From assembly GCA_963712055.1 (NCBI GenBank), contig CAVQGN010000004.1:291813-355812 (forward strand): DNA of 64,000 nt, in the 5' to 3' direction. The stretch comes from an uncultured Chloroflexia bacterium. Lineage in GTDB: Bacteria > Chloroflexota > Chloroflexia > Thermomicrobiales > UBA6265. Below, in pieces: positions 60,388 through 64,000 of this stretch; the stretch's first letter is position 1; each line of letters opens with the position of its first letter. Below the pieces are notes generated by a model, which was not told the origin of the DNA, searched no databases, and was given only the letters and a program-made list of their open reading frames with translations. Made by a program: the position numbers and the translations under genes.

Positions 60388-62577
60388 CTAGTCCAACGCT
60401 GCGGTTGTCTGCGACTCACTGCGCGTGCTCTCGATGACCGTCGGCGAGATCGCTTTCTCAGCGTCTGAAGCAGACCTGCCAGTTGGTAACCGCAACGTGA
60501 ACGCTGTTCCTGGGAGGGGCGTACGGTCTCGGATTTCCAGCGTACCGCCGTGCGCTTGAGCCAGCGCTTGGCAGATATAAAGCCCGAGCCCAAGACCTGG
60601 CACCTGACCCGCCGTTGCCTCTGGGGTGCGGAAGAACGCCCCGAAAACCTCGTCGTGGAGGTCTGGCGAAATGCCCGCGCCTTCGTCGTGGATCGTCGCC
60701 AGAGCGTACCCGTCCGTTTCTGCGACGACGATTTCGACGGTTGAATCCGCAGGGCTGTACTTCAAGGCGTTTCCAACGAGGTTGTCGATCACTTGCTGGA
60801 TCCGATCGTGATCCCAGTTTCCGAGGATTGTTTCTGATTCTGCGGTGACGACAATTTGCTGGCCGACTGTTTCGTCCGCGGTGCGCAGGGCGGCGACCTC
60901 ACGGCAGATGGTGACCAGATCTGTTTCCTGGGCCCTGATTTCGAGCGTTCCGGAACGCAAACTCGACACGTCGAGAAGATCATCGACCAATCTGGTGAGA
61001 CGGTCGACATGACCCGCGATTGAGTTCAGCCGCTCAACTTGAAGATCATGACCTTCCTCGCGCTCGAGTTCTCTGGCGACAAGTTGGACGAAACCTCGGA
61101 TTGGCGTCAGGGGAGAGCGAAGTTCATGGGATACGACGGAAACAAACTCGTCACGAATACGACTTGCCTCTTTCAGACTGGTGATATCTCGAAATGACGT
61201 CACGACGGCGATCATCTCGCCAGTCTGATCGTGAATAGGTGCCGCACTGGCAAGAACCGGTGTCACCGAACCGTCATCGTGTTCGACCACGCATTCGACA
61301 TCGCCAACTGGTTGAAGCGAAGCAAGGGTGGCAACAAGTGGAAAATCCATCGCCGAGGCGTCCGGACCGACTGGGCGAACGGAATCTAGACTCAGCGCAT
61401 GCTCGTCCCCGCGGAAAAGATCGCGAGCGGCTTCGTTGATCGCGATCACGCGTCCATCTGGAGGAGCGCAGATAACCAGTGCTTCCGGCACTGCCGCGAT
61501 TACCCGTTCCAGCTGGTGTTGCTCGCTTTGAGCCTGGCGCAGCCGCGCTTCACGCTCACCGGTGACGGTCATCGTTTCGAGAATCGCTGCTACTTGGGAG
61601 GCAAGCGCCGACAATCGCCGTATCTCCGATCCCGAGAAGCGGTGCTCGACCAGCAGGCCGATCACAAGTACGCCAGCGACGACGTCGTCTTCGGTGATGA
61701 CCGGTGCGGCCATGAGTGAGCGCATCCGGCTGGTTCGGACCTCGGAAAGGCGGAGATGCCGTTGTTCCCCCGGAATATGTGCCTGAATCACTCGTCGTTC
61801 CCGCGCGACCGCGTTGACCAGTTTCTCAGCCGCACCTGTGAAGAGCAGGGTCTGCCCGCCGTCCTGTCCGAGTCCATAGCTGGAGCGAAGCTCGAAGCCG
61901 CCCGGGTCTTCGTTGGCGAGCAGCAGCGCACCACCATGGACGCGGTTGACACTGACTACGGCTCGGACGATCGCGTCATGCAGCTGAATCTCCGCTTCGG
62001 GAGTGAGGTCATGTTGCGTGGCTGCGACGGTTTCGATTGCGGAAAGGGCGGTTGCTGCCGAACGCGCGGCGAGAGTTTCCTGACGATCGGTCGTGCCTTC
62101 GAGACCGATTCGCCGGACAAGCCAGATGACAACACCGCCACTGACGAGAAAGATCAGACTGACTGCTCGGGCATCGGTTTCGGCCGGCAAGCGAAGACTG
62201 CCGAACTGATCGGTCGACCAACCATTCAGTAGCACGAACCCGGCCAGCAGCGCAGCCAGTGACGACAGCGCGCCAAAGGCATAGGTTGTGAATGCCAGAA
62301 TGACCATGATGGCGATCGAGATCGCAGCGGGAGATATCTCGTTCGAAAATGCCCTGGCGAGAGCAATCGGAAGTCCGACGAGCACGATAGCGATGGCCGC
62401 ACTGAGGAGTGCGCCAAACGGAAGCCAGCGACTATGGGTCTGGCCGCGGTTGAGTCCCTGGGGATGATCACCCGCTGCGAGGTCGCGAGCGCGGCGCCGG
62501 AGCGCATCGGCGGACGCAGTCGCCGAAGCAGTAAGGCGGACGGCAGTGTCGGTTGTGGCCCGGAAGAGGCGCATCAT
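60388..62577 (-). CDS. Sensor histidine kinase (4-TM KdpD-like, GAF, PAS, HisKA, HATPase)
   Basis: Four TM helices; SLMAAPV GAF; FRDIT PAS end; VSHELRSPL; NALKY; GLGLGL. Confidence 0.9.
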   Translation of the reverse strand: MMRLFRATTDTAVRLTASATASADALRRRARDLAAGDHPQGLNRGQTHSRWLPFGALLSAAIAIVLVGLPIALARAFSNEISPAAISIAIMVILAFTTYAFGALSSLAALLAGFVLLNGWSTDQFGSLRLPAETDARAVSLIFLVSGGVVIWLVRRIGLEGTTDRQETLAARSAATALSAIETVAATQHDLTPEAEIQLHDAIVRAVVSVNRVHGGALLLANEDPGGFELRSSYGLGQDGGQTLLFTGAAEKLVNAVARERRVIQAHIPGEQRHLRLSEVRTSRMRSLMAAPVITEDDVVAGVLVIGLLVEHRFSGSEIRRLSALASQVAAILETMTVTGEREARLRQAQSEQHQLERVIAAVPEALVICAPPDGRVIAINEAARDLFRGDEHALSLDSVRPVGPDASAMDFPLVATLASLQPVGDVECVVEHDDGSVTPVLASAAPIHDQTGEMIAVVTSFRDITSLKEASRIRDEFVSVVSHELRSPLTPIRGFVQLVARELEREEGHDLQVERLNSIAGHVDRLTRLVDDLLDVSSLRSGTLEIRAQETDLVTICREVAALRTADETVGQQIVVTAESETILGNWDHDRIQQVIDNLVGNALKYSPADSTVEIVVAETDGYALATIHDEGAGISPDLHDEVFGAFFRTPEATAGQVPGLGLGLYICQALAQAHGGTLEIRDRTPLPGTAFTLRLPTGRSASDAEKAISPTVIESTRSESQTTAALD

Positions 62578-62685
62578 GCGGGTATCGATGGTCGGCGGGA
62601 TCCGGAAACCCCGGTGCGGCGCTCAGAGATGGCAAAGAAACAGTATACGTACGCGACAAAATCGTCAATCCGGCTGAACAGTCGG

Positions 62686-63912
62686 TTAACCGATCCCGCG
62701 TTCGAGCATCTCGCCCTTGACGATCTCGCCGAGGATTGAGATGCCTTGCTCGATCTGTTGCTCGTCAGTGAAGGAAAAGGACAACCGAATGGTGTTGTGG
62801 TGATCATCGCCTGAGAAGCAGGTCGAGCCTGGAAGATATTCAACTCCAAGTTCCCGGGCGTGTGGCAGCAGTTCGGTCGCGTTGACCCCCTCCGGGAGGG
62901 TGAGCCAGACGAAGTAGCCGCCATCCGGATTGGACCACGACGATCCCTCCGGCATGAACTTGGAAAGCGCTGCCACCATGGCGTCTTTCCTTGCCCCGTA
63001 AAGTTGTCGGATCGTTTGGACATGATTCTCGAGATGCTGTGGCAGCCACTCAGCGGCGACATACGAACCAAAAATGTTGGTTCCGCCATCGGTTTTCAGT
63101 ACATCAAGTCGACGCAGAATGGCTGCAGGTCCGAGCAACCAGCCGAGCCGCATCCCGGCTCCCATTGTTTTCGACAAGGTCGAGATATAGATCGTCGATT
63201 CGAAGTCGTCCATCGCGTAGATTGTCGGAACAGGTTCGCCGACGAAGCGAAGATCGTGGTAGGCGTCATCCTCGAGGATCGGGGTTCCGGATTTCTGCGC
63301 GACGGCCAGGATAGCCTGGCGTCGCTCCAGCGGCATCGAAACCCCGGTCGGGTTCTGGTAGTTCGGCATTAGGTAGATGAACTTTGGCGCTTTGCCGACG
63401 CGTTTCAGGTCACTGATCGTTTGTTCGAGCGCAGCCGGGTCCATCCCGTGATCATCCATCTCCACCCCAACGGCTTCTCCCCCGACGTTTTTCAACGCCC
63501 ACAGAAAACCCATCCAGGTTGGAGAATCCACGATCACGGTGTCTCCCCAATCGATAAAAAGATCGAGAACGAGCTGAATGGCCTGCGACCCGCCGGACGT
63601 GACAAGAACCTGCCCAGCGTCGACATCAATCTGTTGGTCGCGTTTGAGTTTGGCGATCAGCGCATCGATGAGAGGAGGGGCGCCTGCCGTGCTGCCATAT
63701 TGCAGCGCCCATTTCCCATCACGTTCGAGCGCAGTTCGCGTTGCTTCGATCACGTTTTCTATTGGGAGGGAGCCCGGATCTGGAAAACCGTAGATGAAGG
63801 AGATCATTTCGGCTGAACGTTTGGGATCGCCAGTGCGCGGTTCCTCTACGCTCCGTCCCCGCTGAGAAAGAAGAGTGAGCATATCGGGGTTGCCTGTCGA
63901 CGCTGAAGTCAT
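62686..63912 (-). CDS. PLP-dependent class I/II aminotransferase (LysN/2-aminoadipate-like)
   Basis: YG.TAG, PNYQNPTG, EDDAY, TLSKTMGAGMRLGW, IRLSFS. Confidence 0.92.
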   Translation of the reverse strand: MTSASTGNPDMLTLLSQRGRSVEEPRTGDPKRSAEMISFIYGFPDPGSLPIENVIEATRTALERDGKWALQYGSTAGAPPLIDALIAKLKRDQQIDVDAGQVLVTSGGSQAIQLVLDLFIDWGDTVIVDSPTWMGFLWALKNVGGEAVGVEMDDHGMDPAALEQTISDLKRVGKAPKFIYLMPNYQNPTGVSMPLERRQAILAVAQKSGTPILEDDAYHDLRFVGEPVPTIYAMDDFESTIYISTLSKTMGAGMRLGWLLGPAAILRRLDVLKTDGGTNIFGSYVAAEWLPQHLENHVQTIRQLYGARKDAMVAALSKFMPEGSSWSNPDGGYFVWLTLPEGVNATELLPHARELGVEYLPGSTCFSGDDHHNTIRLSFSFTDEQQIEQGISILGEIVKGEMLERGIG

Positions 63913-64000
63913 ATGAGAAACACTGCTTTCATTATCCGTGCAATCGACCTGTATCCACCGGATTGTACGGGTTCTGTGATAACTGTCGCAGGATACGGTG

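Overview
A GC-rich bacterial chromosome segment made up mostly of core genes. It probably comes from Chloroflexota (Thermomicrobiales-like); this is inferred from ATP/ASP-repeat linkers, hrcA with CIRCE, the rny-spoVS linkage, a long-loop AtpB, murA and an LCP gene. From left to right it holds: an arylsulfatase; an SH3/L,D-transpeptidase; a polyamine-type ABC transporter with a deiminase-family gene; larC; a class II deacetylase; a C39-like peptidase; an Lrp regulator; acs; a J-domain protein; an arginase-family/SelA-like/RpiR trio ending at tRNA-Sec (selC); TSUP and SufT genes; and two tandem cupredoxins. These are followed by hrcA-grpE-dnaK, rny-spoVS-PHP-ispD-ispF-dtd, the full F1Fo atp operon, murA, RNase Z, LCP, a frameshifted CocE/NonD hydrolase, rplU-rpmA-rpmE, a PhoB/PhoR-like pair, dppBC-like permeases, a large surface protein, a sensor kinase and an aminotransferase. 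I saw no CRISPR array, transposase or prophage. The four best leads are: (i) a cupredoxin locus with a structured leader that sequesters the SD and a transmembrane Cys-module/cupredoxin fusion; (ii) an unassigned ~100-nt rod-like RNA upstream of an N-terminally extended SpoVS; (iii) an ECF-like promoter motif shared by two secreted envelope enzymes; (iv) a non-canonical SelA-like enzyme beside selC. All calls come from reading motifs by eye; no database searches or folding programs were run.
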